64,000 bases of DNA from assembly GCA_030390025.1 (NCBI GenBank), contig CM059437.1, positions 73,160,001 through 73,224,000 of the forward strand. The letters run 5' to 3'. The stretch comes from Squalus acanthias (lineage: Eukaryota). Below are positions 63,113 to 64,000 of this stretch, piece by piece. Under the pieces are notes generated by a model. It did not search any database. It was given only the letters and a program-made list of their open reading frames with translations, and had not been told where the DNA came from. The translations under genes were made by a program, and so were the position numbers. How positions within the stretch are numbered: the stretch's first letter is position 1; each line of letters starts with the position of its first letter.

Positions 63113-64000
63113 AACTTTTTTTATATTCGTTTATGGGATCAGGGCATCGCTGGCAATGCCAGCATTTATTGCCCATCCCTAGTTGCCCTTGAGCCACCTT
63201 CTTGAATCGCTGCAGTCCATGTGGTGATGGTACTCCCACAGTGCTGTTCGGGAGGGAGTTCCAGGATTTTGACCCAGCGACGATGAAGGATGGGCGATAT
63301 ACTTCTAAGTCAGGATGGTGTGTGACTTGGAGGGGAACTTGGAGGTGGTGGTGTTCCCATGCGCCTGCTGCCCTTGTCCTTCTAGGTGGAAGAGGTTGCG
63401 GGTTTGGGAGGTGCTGCCGAAGAAGCCTTGGCGAGTTGCTGCAGTGCATCTTGTAGATGGTACACACTGCAACCATGGTACGCCGGTGGTGGAGGGAGTG
63501 AATGTTTAAAGTGGTGGATGGGGTGCCAATCAAGCGGGCTGCTTTGTCCTGGATGATGTCGAGCTTCTTGAGTGTTGTTGGAGCTACACTCATCCAGGCA
63601 AGTGGAGAATATTCCATCACACTCTTAATTTGTGCCTTGTAGATAGTGGAAAGGCTTTGGGGAGTCAGGAGGTGAGACACTCGCCACAGAATACCTAGCC
63701 TCTGACCTGCTCTTGTTGCCACAGTATTTATGTGGCTGGTCCAGTTAAGTTTCTGGTTAATGGTGACCCCCAGGATGTTGATAGTGGGGGATTCGGCGAT
63801 GGTAATGCCATTGAATGTCAAGGGGAGGTGTTTAGACTCTCGCTTGTTGGAGATAGTCATTGCCTGGCACTTCTGTGGCGCGAATGTTACCTGCCACTTA
63901 TCAGCCCAAGCCTGAACGTCGTCCAGGTCTTGTTGCTTGCAGGCATGGACTGCTTCATTATCTGTTGAGTTGCGAATGGCACTGAACACTGTGCAGTCAT
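63113..64000 (-). mobile_element. CR1/L2-group LINE ORF2 C-terminal part, continuing past the window end
   Basis: 292-aa open frame QQDLDDVQAWADKWQVTFAPQKCQ...IYKAQIKSVMEYSPLAW...SWNSLPNS; A-rich tail. Confidence 0.92.

Overview
This is eukaryotic genomic DNA, very probably from a cartilaginous fish (shark). The repeat content points that way: an HE1-type V-SINE, a SacSINE1-type DeuSINE, CR1/L2 LINEs and Penelope elements. The whole window lies inside one + strand gene, CLIP1 (CLIP-170/restin). I reconstructed 16 coding exons by hand with canonical AG/GT ends and consistent phases, from the second CAP-Gly domain (3425) to ...EVTSHQK in the distal coiled coil (62301). That is 2814 nt for the standard exons plus a 2286-nt giant phase-0/0 exon. 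The first CAP-Gly exons and the zinc-knuckle C-terminus lie outside the window. Nearly all other ORFs in the track are retrotransposon debris or chance frames. Most notable: (1) the giant exon is about 4.4 gap-free copies of a 172-aa (516-nt) coiled-coil unit; (2) an orphan 3' splice site with a ~218-nt AG-free zone and RBFOX motifs sits next to a 148-N gap, where the known 35-aa alternative exon cannot be found; (3) three Penelope-associated minimal hammerhead ribozyme motifs, one in a ~100-bp solo insertion with a TSD; (4) an LF-SINE-like element, nested MITEs and a cryptic G-rich minisatellite. No prokaryotic-type system (CRISPR, operon) is present. Family names and human comparisons are from memory, not database searches. 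Repeat boundaries are approximate.
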